From the NCBI GenBank assembly GCA_951406725.2, contig OX597826.1, positions 40,238,001 to 40,302,000 on the forward strand: a DNA stretch of 64,000 nucleotides, in the 5' to 3' direction. A program made the position numbers and the translations under genes. Shown piece after piece: positions 12,863 to 26,239 of this stretch. The notes beneath the pieces are model-generated. The model had not been told where the DNA came from. It saw only the letters and a program-made list of their open reading frames with translations, and searched no databases. Position 1 is the stretch's first letter; each line of letters begins with the position of its first letter. The stretch is from Octopus vulgaris. Taxonomy: Eukaryota.

Positions 12863-13987
12863 GGCTCAATTCTTCCTTTTCTCTCCATAGTACCAGTTGC
12901 AGGTAAAATTCAGATGGCAAAATTCAAATTTGGAATAACGTTGAGTTCGGCTTCGCCTTTCTTCCTGTCTCCTCCATAAAATATATCAAACAGTCAACAT
13001 ATAAAGCTGCAATTGGTTCTTACTTTGTGACATGTCTGAGATTCCTTTGAGTGAAGGATATGAGGGTGGAGTGTCCTTTTAATTTAATTTGTGCAATACG
13101 TTGCATCTATAAAAGGGAAGGAAGAAAAATATATTGTAGATCTGAACGGTTTCTTCGTATGATAATGTACAAAATGAGTGCTAGTAAAGTTTACCAAAAT
13201 ACAATATCATGGTATGATATTAAGAAATTGCTTTAATCTTTGGACCAAGTTAACGCGTCAGGCTTTAAAAAAGTTTGTTTCTAATGTAAAAGTGTGTTGA
13301 AAATGGAAGAAGGTAAAAATCTATCAGGCTAGCAAGAGTATACTGGAAAACATCATTTCTATTGCCGAGTAGATATTTAATGAACCAAGTATCAGCGGTG
13401 GTTAAATTTTCTATGTAAAAGGAAGGCGCAAATCTATAAGAATCGCAAATGTAATCTAGTTATAAGGGAATGCTGTCAGAAAAGTAGGGGAGATTTGAAG
13501 AGATCGTCATGTGGATATTAAATATAAGGTAAAGAAGCAAGTGTCTCTTGATAGAAATCACAATGAATGTGGGTCTCTATAATATAATAATATTATAGAG
13601 ACTTTTATATTGAGATGTATTGAGAAAGACAAATATATTAATATATAGAAGAGACTAATGTATTAACTGGTAATTCACGAAACAAGTACTTACAGGACAT
13701 AAGGGTTTATTGGAGTATACAGTATAGAAAGGTAAGTGTAACAGGAATGAAGATGAGATATTAAAGCCAAATGAATTAAATATAAAATTTGAAGAAAAAG
13801 TAAATATTGCAATGTATGTGAATGGAATATGCAGTTGAAAAAGAAGCTAAAAACATGAAAATATAATTATATAAGAAGCTAACAATTACATGAGATAAAT
13901 ATAGATTCATGCCTAATTAAATATACAAATATAATGCTTTATGTAAAGCATATATGTTTGTTGATATAAACACATTTGCATAGGTAT

Positions 13988-14115
13988 CGGTTTCAAATTT
14001 TGGCACAGGGCCAGCAATTTCGGGTAAGGAGTTAAGTCGATTACATCGACCCCAAAGCTCCAAATCAAACTCAAATACAATTGATACTTCTTTAATAAAT
14101 ATCCTGAAGAGTGGA
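13988..14115 (-). mobile_element. SINE family B fragment
   Basis: TTTCAAATTTTGGCACAGGGCCAGCAATTT...GTCGATTACATCGACCCC shared with 18462, 56927 and 61613. Confidence 0.7.
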
Positions 14116-14667
14116 ACATGAAACTATTCCAGAGGAAGGCACAATGGCATGGGAGATTTAAGTATCACTTATTTTAATGTAGTAATTGTCGTCATTGTTA
14201 GCGGAGTGCTGCTGATGATGCCGCAGTTGTAGTTGTTGTTAAAGGTGGTGGTGGTGGTGGTAGTTGTCATCGTGTTTAAATTGATGGAATGTTTTAGTTG
14301 TGACCATTCGTCATTGTTCGTATATCCAGGACAACGTTGCCCAATATGTCCTTTCTTTATTTAAGGTAGCAGAGGATATATTATATAATTTGAGAGTCGA
14401 TTGATCATTCTAGCAAGTTCCCTTGCCGGCTTCTCTCGACTTAATATCGTGTCAACATTGCTGGTGGGGAACATATGAGAATTTCTGCTCGGAAGTAAAC
14501 TCGTAAATTGCGGGAGTTTTTATGTCTACTGACCACTAATACCTATCAAACCATCTGCTACCTAAAATAATATAACTTCTTTTCCACGGCGAGAGTCACC
14601 GTCTTAACGGGAACTAAGCAACGCCACTTGAAAGGCGTTCCATCCACTGCTGAAGCTTAATTTACAT

Positions 14668-14711
<44 letters not shown>

Positions 14712-14779
14712 ACTTATAAACAAGGGCAAAAGAAAAATTATTTCTATGCCAATATGCTGATAAACAGACTTTAAGTCGT

Positions 14780-14826
<47 letters not shown>

Positions 14827-15572
14827 AGTATATATATGTATATGTATATATGGATGTATGTATATATATATATATGTATATATAGGAATATATATAGAGA
14901 TATATTCATGCATGTGTGTGTGTGTGTGTGAGTGTGAATGTAGAATATTTGGAATACGCCTCTCGGTTTTACTTGAGTCTCGTTGAATAAAATATTCTGG
15001 GATTCATTCGATAAAATTTAGTCATTCGAAAGCTTTAGACTTTGTCCTTCATCAAATTCCACACAAATCAGCGATGTCACAGACATCTTTTGACTGTCGT
15101 TGATTCCTAACGACGTGAAAGAGAAATAAAGAAACACTGATCCGCGCGTAACAGAATTCATAAAACACGTTCATAATTGCCAATCATCTCCTTTAAAGTC
15201 AGCCATATTCGTCAGAGTTTCAATTAGCAACATTACGACTTCGTCTAAAATATTCCTCTTTTAATCAGCTGTGTATGGAAACGAAAGATTGTAGGATAAT
15301 TCATTACTTAAATCTAACACTTATTCTGAAAGCCGTACTTATGCCTACGTTCAATTAAAAGAATCGGACCAATTTGAAGTATAAATTTACTATAAATCAT
15401 GAGAGCAAATGTTAAGTAATGCAGATATTAGTTCGAGCGACGCCAATCAGTCTTTCTAGATTCATTTTATTGATTTCTAACAAAAATTCCATTAGAAGAG
15501 TTATGTGATTGTAGCACATACAAGCTCGAGCGCGCACACTCATGCATATGTTCATTTACATATATATGTATG

Positions 15573-15630
<58 letters not shown>

Positions 15631-15676
15631 CATACACACATATGTACATGCAAACATACATACGTACACACATATA

Positions 15677-15888
15677 CTCTCTTTACTCTTTACTATTTTA
15701 TTTGTTTCAGTCATTTGCCTGTGGCCATGCTAGAGCACCGCCTTTAGTCAAACACATAGACCTAAGACTTACTCTTTATAAGCCTAGTATTTATTCAATC
15801 GGTCTCTTTTGCCGAACCGCTAAGTTACGGGAACGTAAACACACCAGCATCAGTTGTCAAGCGATGTCGGGAGACAAACACAGACACA

Positions 15889-15982
<94 letters not shown>

Positions 15983-16146
15983 CGACGGGCTTCTTTCAGT
16001 TTCCGTCTACCAAATCCACTCACAAAGCCTTGGTTGGGCCGAGGCTATAGTAGAAGACATTTGCCCAAGGTCCCACGCAGTGGAACTGAACCAGAAACCA
16101 TATAGTTCGTAAGCAAGCTACTTGCCACACAGCCTACTCCTACGCC
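15677..16146 (-). mobile_element. SINE family A, full-length
   Basis: tRNA-like head on the minus strand (GGCGTAGGAGTAGGCTGTGTGGCAAG A-box-like; GGTTCAGTTCC B-box-like), internal (TA)n(TG)n, conserved 3' part and AAAGAGT-type tail. Confidence 0.9.
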
Positions 16147-16326
16147 TATACATACATATATATATATATATATGTATGTATGTATGTATATGTATATATA
16201 TATATATATACATATATACATACATATCTATGTATATATGTATACATATATATATATATACATATATACATATATATATATATGTGTATATATATATATG
16301 TGTATATATATATATATGTGTATATA

Positions 16327-16408
<82 letters not shown>

Positions 16409-16671
16409 TACATACATACATATATGTATCTCTATACACTAACAGGGACCATAATTATCCGAAAAATACCAACCGAGAATAATAAAACATTTCATTGAGC
16501 CTTTTAGCTCTAATTCCTAGCAATGTATGTGTTTCTTAATACCCTAGTCACATTTAGTAACAATTACAATTCGCCTTTTTACTGAAACATTGCAAGTTGC
16601 TGTTTACATTAATTATATATAATACATATGTATGTATACACAGACACACACACACACACACATACATACAT

Positions 16672-16741
<70 letters not shown>

Positions 16742-16767
16742 ATACACATATATGAACTCACAAGTAA

Positions 16768-17080
16768 AGGCGGGGGGCTTGGTGGTTAGGGATTAAGGTA
16801 TTTCGTTCACGGTCGTAAGGTCGAACGTTCGATTCCTGGCGAGGCGTTGTATCTTTGAGCAGGTTAGTTTATTTCACGTTGCTGCAGTTCGTTCAACTAG
16901 CAAAAATGAATAGTACCTGGATTTCAAAGGGCCAGCTTTGCCTCATTCTACTTCTCGCTGAATCTCCCTGAGAACTACGTTAAGGGTACGCTTGTTTGTG
17001 GAGTCCTCACACGCTTGCACATAAGTTTCTCGAGCAGGCTGTTCCATTCATTGGATCAACAGGAACCCTTCTCAGTTAAA
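16768..17080 (+). mobile_element. tRNA-derived SINE with CORE-like domain (family C variant)
   Basis: Head with TGGTTAG and GTTCGATTCC, followed by TTGAGCAGGTTAGTTTATTTCACGTTGCTGCAGTTC. This matches the central domain of 21219-21557, but the 3' tail is different. Confidence 0.7.
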
Positions 17081-17201
17081 CACATAGAGGTAACACACAT
17101 GATCTTTCATCGACGCATGATAAATACATACCTTTACAAAAATAATTGATGCTTTGTCCTCAATGTTTGAAAACTCTCTCTTTGTAGACCCTTGTTCCCT
17201 C

Positions 17202-17242
<41 letters not shown>

Positions 17243-18461
17243 GCCATATATATACATACATACATACATACATACATACATACATACATACATACATACA
17301 AAATAGATATAGTGTACATATATCTTCAGTAGAATCTTCAGTATGTATCATCATTCGGATGTTGTCAAATATGCATTAAAATATTAGTTATAGAAAATAT
17401 TGTTATAAGATATAATTAGGGGCAAAAGTAGAGGCAAGTTTTTTCAGAGGAAAGGAGAAAGAGAGAAGAAAACGTTTGGGTAGTGAGAGATAGTGAGCGA
17501 GATATCAAAGATAAGAAAGAGTGCAGTTTCCTGATATGATTTCCGTCAGTAATATCTCATTCCAAAATACATTTTTAGAAAGATTTATTGAGAAGAAGAG
17601 GTAGAAAAAGGTTGGTGGAAAGCAATTAGTTATAAATGACAGAAGGTGGAGGAGAAGCAGAAAAAGAAAATAGTGTTGTGATTGCAGAAAGAGAAAAGGA
17701 AGAAAATGAAAAACACAGAGAAGGAATGTAAAGGAGAGAGGAATAAAGTTGGTCAAAGTTCAAAGTAGTTTTGATTAGGTGTACATGAATAAACATTCGA
17801 TGGGAAACGCAAGAATTACAGATTGTGAAATGTCTAAAAATGCAGCTACGAACAGAAGAAGAATTAACATAGGTAATAAAATAGAGGACTAAAATATACA
17901 ATAGTATCTTTTGAAAAATAACACGGCGGTGCTCCAGCATGACCGCAGCTGCATAACTGAAACGACTAAAAGAGAAATTATGCGACTAAATTATGCGACG
18001 TAAAGTTTTGGAGTAAAAGGTCATCATAAATAGAACCAAAGTCAGATACGCATGTATTTCGTACAAAAAAAGTGCTTATCGTTTAAATCGTTTCCTATTT
18101 CCAGTATCCATGGTATATTTTTGTCTTATATAACTGCTTTAAATTCTTTTCGTGTTTCAAGATTCGGGTAATTCTGGCACATTTCCATCTCATAGTTGTT
18201 TATCACGTCTTAATTTTTGTACATCTAATCGAAACCACTTTGAACTATGACATCTGCTATCATTTCTGTCTCCTTTCTACTTTTCCTCTTACTTCCCTTT
18301 CTTTTCTCTTCATTTTCTTCTTTAAATTCATTTGACAACTACTTTCTTTTCCTGCTGCTTCGTCACTTTCGTCCCCTGCTTTTCATTCGTCGCAATACCA
18401 CGACAGACACTGTTTCAAATTGAATTGAAGCTTACATATTGTCTTCAAATTTTGGCACAAA

Positions 18462-18573
18462 GCCAGCAGCTTTGGGCAGAGGACTAAGTTGGTTATATTG
18501 TCCCCAGTATTCAGCTGGAACTAGTTTTGTCGACCCCGAAAGGGTGAAAGGCAAAGCCTGCTTCGGTGGAATT
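18462..18573 (-). mobile_element. SINE family B fragment
   Basis: Contains GTCGACCCCGAAAGGGTGAAAGGCAAAG, the reverse complement of the CTTTGCCTTTCAxCCTTTCGGGGTCGA central domain. Confidence 0.7.
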
Positions 18574-18694
18574 TCTGAAGGTTATATATTACTAAAGGAA
18601 ATTTTCATTATTAGGACTATTTACTTTTTTGTTCACTTATCTCCCTCCAGTCTTCCCTCTCTCCCTCCCTCTCTTTCTGCCTGTCTTTGTGTCT

Positions 18695-18750
<56 letters not shown>

Positions 18751-19499
18751 TCTCTCTTCCCTTTTCTTCCCCCCATTTTCTCTAGTTTTTCTCTTGAAAT
18801 TCTCTCACTAAATTCACTGTAGACAAATCTTATAACCATTGATTTATTAAGTGATTGTGTTTCAAACTTCGTTTGACTACATTCCAATATGAAGTAGTTG
18901 GTAAGTATAGTGTGTCATAAATGAATAGGAATTCTGTTTCAACGTCCAAAGCTCTTTCTTTAACAGTACCTACTCGTGGTAAGGCAGCTGAAACTAACTC
19001 AACACAAGAGACAAGTGGAACCTCTGAGTAGGTGGAGACTAGTTCAGTCCTTGCTGCCGCACTCAGGGAAAGCTTACACGCTAAGGGGCCAAATATTTGT
19101 GATATGGGACGATATGGGAGGGTTGACGATATGGGAGGGTTTCCAATATTGCAATGGATTTTGAAGAGCATACAAGACCGCTGAGTAGCTCTTACAGTTT
19201 CAGCGCGGGGAAAGCATCGCTCGCGTTTATTTAACTCATAATGTTGTAGTTGTGGGGAAAGGCATATTGGCGGGGGTTGGGAGATCTACTAACATCTATG
19301 AAAGAATGGACGACAGCTAGGAAAGACGGCACATAACAGTTTTAGGGCTAGGATCCCAAAGAATTGTACCGTACCAGCAATCCACTCTATTAATATGGAT
19401 CAGAACGAATTCCCCCAAGCATATCGAGGAGTGGGGGATATTACCTGCCCAACAGGACGGAACGCACGGGCAGCGATATGAATAGACATTTTCGGAATG

Positions 19500-21180
19500 G
19501 GCAGACGGGGGAGTGAAACGCAAAGGAAAACAAAACGGCTATGGTAATGTATTTAGGAGCGAACGTGACGTGAAGATTCATCGAAGCAAATCGAAATGCA
19601 GATAGCAACTAGAGCAAAACAAGCATCTGATACTGCATAGAGGCCCAGTTTTGTCAGCCGTAGCTATACCTGGGCGTCTCTGTTCAGCTTGTTCAAGAGG
19701 CGTGGATGCATCTGAAAGCCCCGAAAGTTTCGAGAAGAAACCATGGTTGAATTTTCGATCAGCGACAGATCTGAATGGATTCGGTAGGACAGGGACTTGA
19801 ACGTCATTCTGGACAACATTCTGAAGAGCGACGCTACTTGGAAGATATGAACCATGAGGCAAGTGATATACCAAGTATGCGAAGATAGCGTCGGTGCGAA
19901 GGAAAGGAAAAACAAACAGCAGACCTGTCCTGGCAGGAGGCAGCATCAGATGACAGGATGGAGAAAAGAGCTAAGGCAGCTGACGAAGAGGTGAGAAGAA
20001 GCGGACGACGAAAGAAAAGTGGCTTTAAATCAACTTACTATGGAGTTACCTGAGAAGAAACCTGCCATGGCTTCGCAGAGCAAAATCTAGAGAGAGAAGT
20101 GGGGGGAAAGAAGGCCTTTTTTGAACAACCGCTTCCAGTCCACAGCTTATTACCTCGGAAAGCCATGAAGTGGGAAGTTAATATGTTCTATCTAAAGAAG
20201 AAGTGCAGAGAAGATTAGCAGCATTGCATGGCGAACCCTTAAGATGCATTCCGTCAGGAGATTGTCCCTTTCCATTGTTAAAGTTCAAGCTCCATATACC
20301 AGCCAACATGATAGATTTCACTTTCGAAGAAGTGAGGGTTGTGATAGCAAAAGCTCTGCATGTTCTACTCCAGGTTCGTCTGGTATCATGTAAAGACTTT
20401 ACATGAATTACCCAGATCTTTCTTTTGAACGCTGAGGGAAAGATCATTTGGAGCATCAGCGAATACATCGACACGAATGTCGAGAAAAGAAAGGTCCTTG
20501 GCTACTCTGGATGCCTCAAGCACACATCATCGAACAGTCATATCAATAAAGAAGCAAGGTAGAGGAACTCACTCTCCGTTGTATGGTTGGATCATACTAA
20601 AGCGTCCCCAAACATGCCTCACCAGCTTCTCCAAAGTGCATTAGAGTACTACCAAGTACCAACAGAAGTAGTCAGAATTATAATTTCCCACATGTATTCA
20701 CTGAGGGTGAGGTTCACAGTAGGAAATTCCTCCATTAAGTGGCAGCGATTGGAAAAAAGGATTCACGAGAAAGTGCATAAATTCCGTGATGTTGTTTTTT
20801 GGCGGCCATGCTAGATGTAATAGCGAAGCAGTCGAGGGATGCTGAAACTTACGGAAGCATAGAAAATTCAGTTTGCATCGACCACGTAACGATCATGACA
20901 CCATCAATCGAAGAGACACAGCGAACATTGTACTCACTGAAAAAAGTGGCCACGTGATCACGCTTGAAAAAAAATCTTGGAGCTTGAATATCTTTAGGAT
21001 AAAAGAAATAAAGGAAAATAAAGAAACCTGACAAATGACACCTTCATCACTCAGTACTCTGAGATTCCGACAATCCAAGGAAAAACTAGTCAGCGACCTT
21101 GAGAAAAGGTCGCTGACTCGATATTTCCCACCAGGTAAAAGATAGAAATATCAAGACTTAGTCGATGAGACATAATCCAC
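19500..21180 (+). mobile_element. Degenerate Hero-clade (restriction-like endonuclease type) non-LTR retrotransposon
   Basis: Fragments GRRQHQMTGWRKELRQL, FTFEEVRVVIAKA, IFLLNAEGKII, YIDTNVEK..GYSGCLKHT and VVWLDHTKASPNMPHQLLQSALEYYQVP...WQRLEK resemble Hero RT motifs (ISLLNVEGKI, GCLEHT, WLDLANAYGSIPH). The 5' boundary is uncertain and may extend to ~18950. Confidence 0.75.
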
Positions 21181-21218
21181 CAAGGAAATAGGCATGTCAG
21201 TTGAAACTAGCTCAAGAT

Positions 21219-21557
21219 GGCTATATGGCTCAGTGGTTAGAACATCGAGCTTACGATCGTGAGGTTGTGAGCTCGAATCCCGGACCGGGCTGCGTGTTGT
21301 GTTCTTGAGCAAGGCACTTTATTTCACGTTGCTCCAGTTCACTCAGCTGTAGAAATGAGTTGCGACGTCACTAGTGCCAAGCTGTATCGACCTTTGTCTT
21401 TCCCTTGGATAACACTTGTGGCGTGGAGAGAGGAGGCTGGTATGCATGGGCGACTGCTGGTCTTCCATAAACAACCTTGCCCGGACTTGTGTCTAGGAGG
21501 GTAACTTTCTAGGTGCAATCCCATGGTCATTCATGACCGAAGGGGGTCTTTACCCTA
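21219..21557 (+). mobile_element. tRNA-derived CORE-SINE-like element (family C), full-length
   Basis: A box TGGCTCAGTGG and B box GCTCGAATCC, then TGTGTTCTTGAGCAAGGCACTTTATTTCACGTTGCTCCAGTTCACTCAGCTGTAGAAATG, which resembles the MIR/CORE domain. Confidence 0.85.
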
Positions 21558-21614
21558 TTTGTATGTGTGTACGTGTGTGAGTGTGTGTGTATGTGAGTGT
21601 ATGTTTGTATATAT

Positions 21615-21661
<47 letters not shown>

Positions 21662-21664
<3 letters not shown>

Positions 21665-23207
21665 TATTATAAAAGGCAGATTTTATCTGCCTCCCTTTGG
21701 GAGTTATAGAAATCTACAATATAGGATTTCTTCAATTACAATTTACCTAGCATTTTTAAGAGTACAATGCATCGCGTCATGCCAGGTCCAGTTTTTAAAA
21801 TTTAAACTCCAATTAAGCAAAATTTACAGAAAACTCACATTCTGGTGTGTGTGTCAAATGCTTTTCTTAGTCTGGTTTACACCACACGCAAACGCACTCA
21901 CACAGTGTGCAACGAATAAAATGAAAGTAAATAGCGACAGAGTGATTTGAGGAAGACTAAACTGAAAGTATTTAAACCACTACTCAAAAAATAAAAAAAC
22001 ACAGCAAACAGAAACAAATAAATACATAACCATTTCTCCTCACACAATTTCTTCAATTAGAATTTACCTAAGATTTTTCAGAGTACTTCAGTGGGTGATG
22101 CCATAAAAAATTTCTTTCAATTTTACCACCAATTAAGACAAAATTCGAGAAAACTAAATATTTTAACATATCACTCCGAAAGCATTGATGTACATGTGTG
22201 CGTGCGTGAGTGTGTTTGTGTCATTCCTCACACACACGCATACACATACATATACAACTACATACAACTACATACACATACAACTACATACAAACACGTG
22301 TGTGTTTGTTATTAGTAAAAAAGGCGCCAAAACTCAACTCACTTATCATTCCAACACATTTGCAAAGACACACGGACGGACAGAAAAGGTAAATTGGTTT
22401 TTATTTTACTCTGTATATATTTTATTATATAATATTATATATAGATATATGTATATATAATTGCAGTATGAAACAGTGTTTATGTATAAACAGACGACAC
22501 TTATATATAGTTACCAAGCCGCCCGAATTTACCTATTCATATTTAAATGAGAATATCAGAGCAAATCTCTTTAGTACATTCGTGAAAACACGTATTATAC
22601 TTCGTAAACACTTCAACTACAGTTTTGTACAAAAATCGAAGTGTAATTTTAATTCCGTGAATTATGGGAGATTTTTTTCCGAAATTTGTTCCTATTGTGT
22701 TTTCAAAATTTGTAATTCTGACAAAAAATGGATACGAATTTCATTATATCAAGCAGCGAGTCAGAATTCGAAGGATTTTCTACTGAAGACCTTCATAAAT
22801 CTAACTCTATGACTGAAAAAAAAAAGCATCTTTATATAAGAGTGAAGTTGTGTGTCTGTCTCCTACGATTTAGATTCCTAACTACTCCCACATTTTGCGG
22901 TGCAGTTTAACCAAAAGCGGGTATCTTATAGTCGTGATTCATATCGAGCCCTTCTGGGTATTAGCGTGCGTCTACGATGAGTCTACGATTTAAAAAATTT
23001 ACCATCATATTTTTCCATTTTAATGCATTTTTTTCGCTTTTATATAAGGGAAGTAACTCTCTAAAAATATCTACGATGTGTCAACGATTTAAAAAAAAAT
23101 TTACCTTAATTTTTTTTCAATTTTTATGCATTTTTTGCTATAACTCTCTAAAAATGCTTATATATTTATTTCCATTACAACCCGAGCAACGCCGGGCGAT
23201 ACTGCTA

Positions 23208-23208
<1 letters not shown>
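21662..23208 (+). mobile_element. Non-autonomous Helitron (composite) inserted in (AT)n
   Basis: 5' A|TCTTATTATAAAAG; 3' hairpin CCCGAGCAACGCCGGG followed 8 nt later by CTAG|T; no TSD. A second TC 5'-type terminus at 22829, and internal ~100 bp subrepeats. Confidence 0.8.
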
Positions 23209-23264
<56 letters not shown>

Positions 23265-23611
23265 TATATATACAAACAAATATATACGTACTTCATTATT
23301 AAAGCTACAAAACCATCACAAAATATCACAACTTAATTCAATTGGGAGCTGTCAACAGTATTCTAGCTGATGGTGATAAATCAATTAATGTCAGTAAATC
23401 TACTAGACTCCCAATGTACTGGAACCATATTTAGTTTATCTACATAAAAATGTAGGTTGCAATGTTATTAGTAAGAAAATGTCTGATGCGGAAGGGCTAG
23501 TAACTGCAAGAAAGAAGGAAAAGAGTGGCCAATAGTTATTGAAATTATAAAATAAAGGAGAATATATATATATACATGCTTACATATGAATATTGCATGA
23601 TACATACATGC

Positions 23612-23637
<26 letters not shown>

Positions 23638-23643
<6 letters not shown>

Positions 23644-23938
23644 TTTGAATTTTAAATGAGGGTGAAAAATTGGGTATTAATTTGATAACATCAATTTTAG
23701 CACCACAGGACTAGCATATAAAAAAAAATCTGAGGTTCAGTAAATAGTACTACATACATATAAGAAGGAATTTTACCACTATGTGGAAACCCTTATGCTA
23801 GAAGAAGATCCGCTATGGTCTTAACCACTAAGAATTGTTCTCTAGAAAATTTAGCAAACACCAGAAACGTAAGCGAGCAAGAGAAATGAAAAGTAACAAA
23901 AATATAGATTAATCATAAACAAATGTTTCACTATCAAC

Positions 23939-23943
<5 letters not shown>
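23638..23943 (-). mobile_element. PLE pLTR-like non-coding module, second copy of 40635-41017, truncated inside the hammerhead
   Basis: Reverse complement aligns with 40729-41010 (e.g. GTGAAACA-TTGT...TTAATCTATATTTTTGTTA...GCTCGCTTACG). (TA)n on both sides. Confidence 0.75.
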
Positions 23944-24012
<69 letters not shown>

Positions 24013-24216
24013 TATATACATATATATATATATATACACATATATATATATATATACACATATATATATATCCATATTTATATATATATATATATAATAT
24101 ATATATATATATAAATACACACACACATATATATATATACACACACACATATATATATACACACTCATATATATATACACACACACATATATATATACAC
24201 ACACACATATATATAT

Positions 24217-24269
<53 letters not shown>

Positions 24270-25609
24270 CCCACATATATATATGAGATGTCGGTATATG
24301 TATGTATGTATGTATGTATGTACGTTTGCATATATGTATTTATATCCCGACTTATCCCATTATAGCATGAAGTACCACGTCTTCGATTGGAGGCGTGAAG
24401 TGCTGCGCTAATTACATATAAATTAATTATCTACGTTTGTTATCGAATACTCGTTTCTTTTTCACTTATTGCTTACATTTTCGCTTTTGCATATGAACAC
24501 ACACGCACACGGATACACACGAACACACACAAGCACCCATATCTACATACACACACACATATATATATATATATATACACATATATTTATATACACATAT
24601 GTATGTGTGTGTGTGTGTGTGTGTGTATGTGTGCGTGTGTACGTGCGTGTGTGTGTGTGTGTGTGTGCGCGCGCAACCGCTTGTTGAACATATCGTGTAC
24701 GTGGATAATATGTTAGCCGAACAGCTAGGTATCTGTAAGATGGAGGCGAGTGAGTGTTGAATACGTTTTTCTATGTGTCCATAAAACATCATAGTTGAAT
24801 CGCTAAATGCCTAATTTATCGTTCAACTAAGTTGCTGTGTTTTGTCTGCTCGTCTTCTACTAGATTGTCATATCTTTTTATGGCTTTATTTAATGATATA
24901 TTATTATCAAAGCAAGAATAGTAACAGCTCATTGTACAGTTATCAAAATACATTTTCGTATTTTTTATTCATATGCACGTGTTTTATTTATGACTAACTA
25001 TATGTAGGTCCATTATATATATAGACAAGGAGCTGTATCTATTCCATATCATTCCAAAGCAAAATAACCCGTACGCAACCAGCTACAGGCATATAATGAA
25101 ATACATTATAATCGAACTCAGCGAAACCGAGTTTACTGAGCGAGGTACCTTTTGAAAATACCCCTAACAAGATCCATCTGCACCGAATGATGTACCATAA
25201 TCAGTTCCGCGTGGGACCGATGCACGATGGTGCGAAAGTCATTTTTGTTCTTAATAAAGGATCTCGTGAATTCCATCTCTCTCTTTCTCTCATTTGTTAT
25301 ATATGTGTGTGTGTGTGTGTTTCACTTGTCCAGTCATATGACTATATATATGTATATATATGGATGTTTCACGCAAGAGGAGAATTATAATTGTCACTAA
25401 ATGTGACTAAGGTATTAGGAACACCCACATTGCTAGACATAAGAGTTAAAACGCTCTTATGCACATGAATGAAAACCTATACACTATTAGCGACCATAAT
25501 CGTTCGAAAGTGCCGAAAAGTGACCTCAGTTTCGGCGATTTCAAGTAATTGGGTTCAGTAACAGTGTCGTTATAAACGTATGGTCCAGTTAACCGTTTTG
25601 ATGTTAAGC

Positions 25610-25855
25610 CGGATCACAATATCCATTGTAATAAATTAACTTGATGTTTCTCTATAATATGCGAGTTCTCACATCTGTTATAGGTGTAACTGTGGTGGTT
25701 AAGTTAATCATGTAATTCAAATGTAGTAGCATCACTCCAAATAACCTTTGTTGGAGAGTATGCATCTTCTGCACATCTTGCCAAGTACCACTCGCAAAAC
25801 TCTACACTTCGGTCCAGATCATCTTTATTGAGAGCACAGACTATTCTTGGAATAA
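25610..25855 (-). mobile_element. Tc1/mariner (DD41D/rosa-like) transposase fragment
   Basis: [43 protein letters not shown], the region up to the first catalytic D (WSDEA-like). Confidence 0.7.
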
Positions 25856-26239
25856 TAGTACCTGGTCTGTCACTAATGATTGGCGGTGTTTTACTAAGCT
25901 TTGGCATAATTACATATAACATTTTGGTTTGAAAGTATGAATATTCGAATTTTTCAATTGAAGGTATTGTTGGAAAATATACATAATGAAAGTCGTTAAT
26001 AAAATATAAGGAAATTTTATAAAAATGCCAAATAGCGGGAAAATAAGTAAATTATATTTATCACTCACCACATACTATACAGGTTTGATTACTTTTAATA
26101 TATTCAATATGCTGTAGTCAATAAGTCACTCGTTATGTTATTTTCTACAATAAATGCGGTACTTGATTACACAAATGTTCTACAAGTTTATGTATTCAAA
26201 ACAACCAAAATATATGTTTATATACACATGGATACATGA

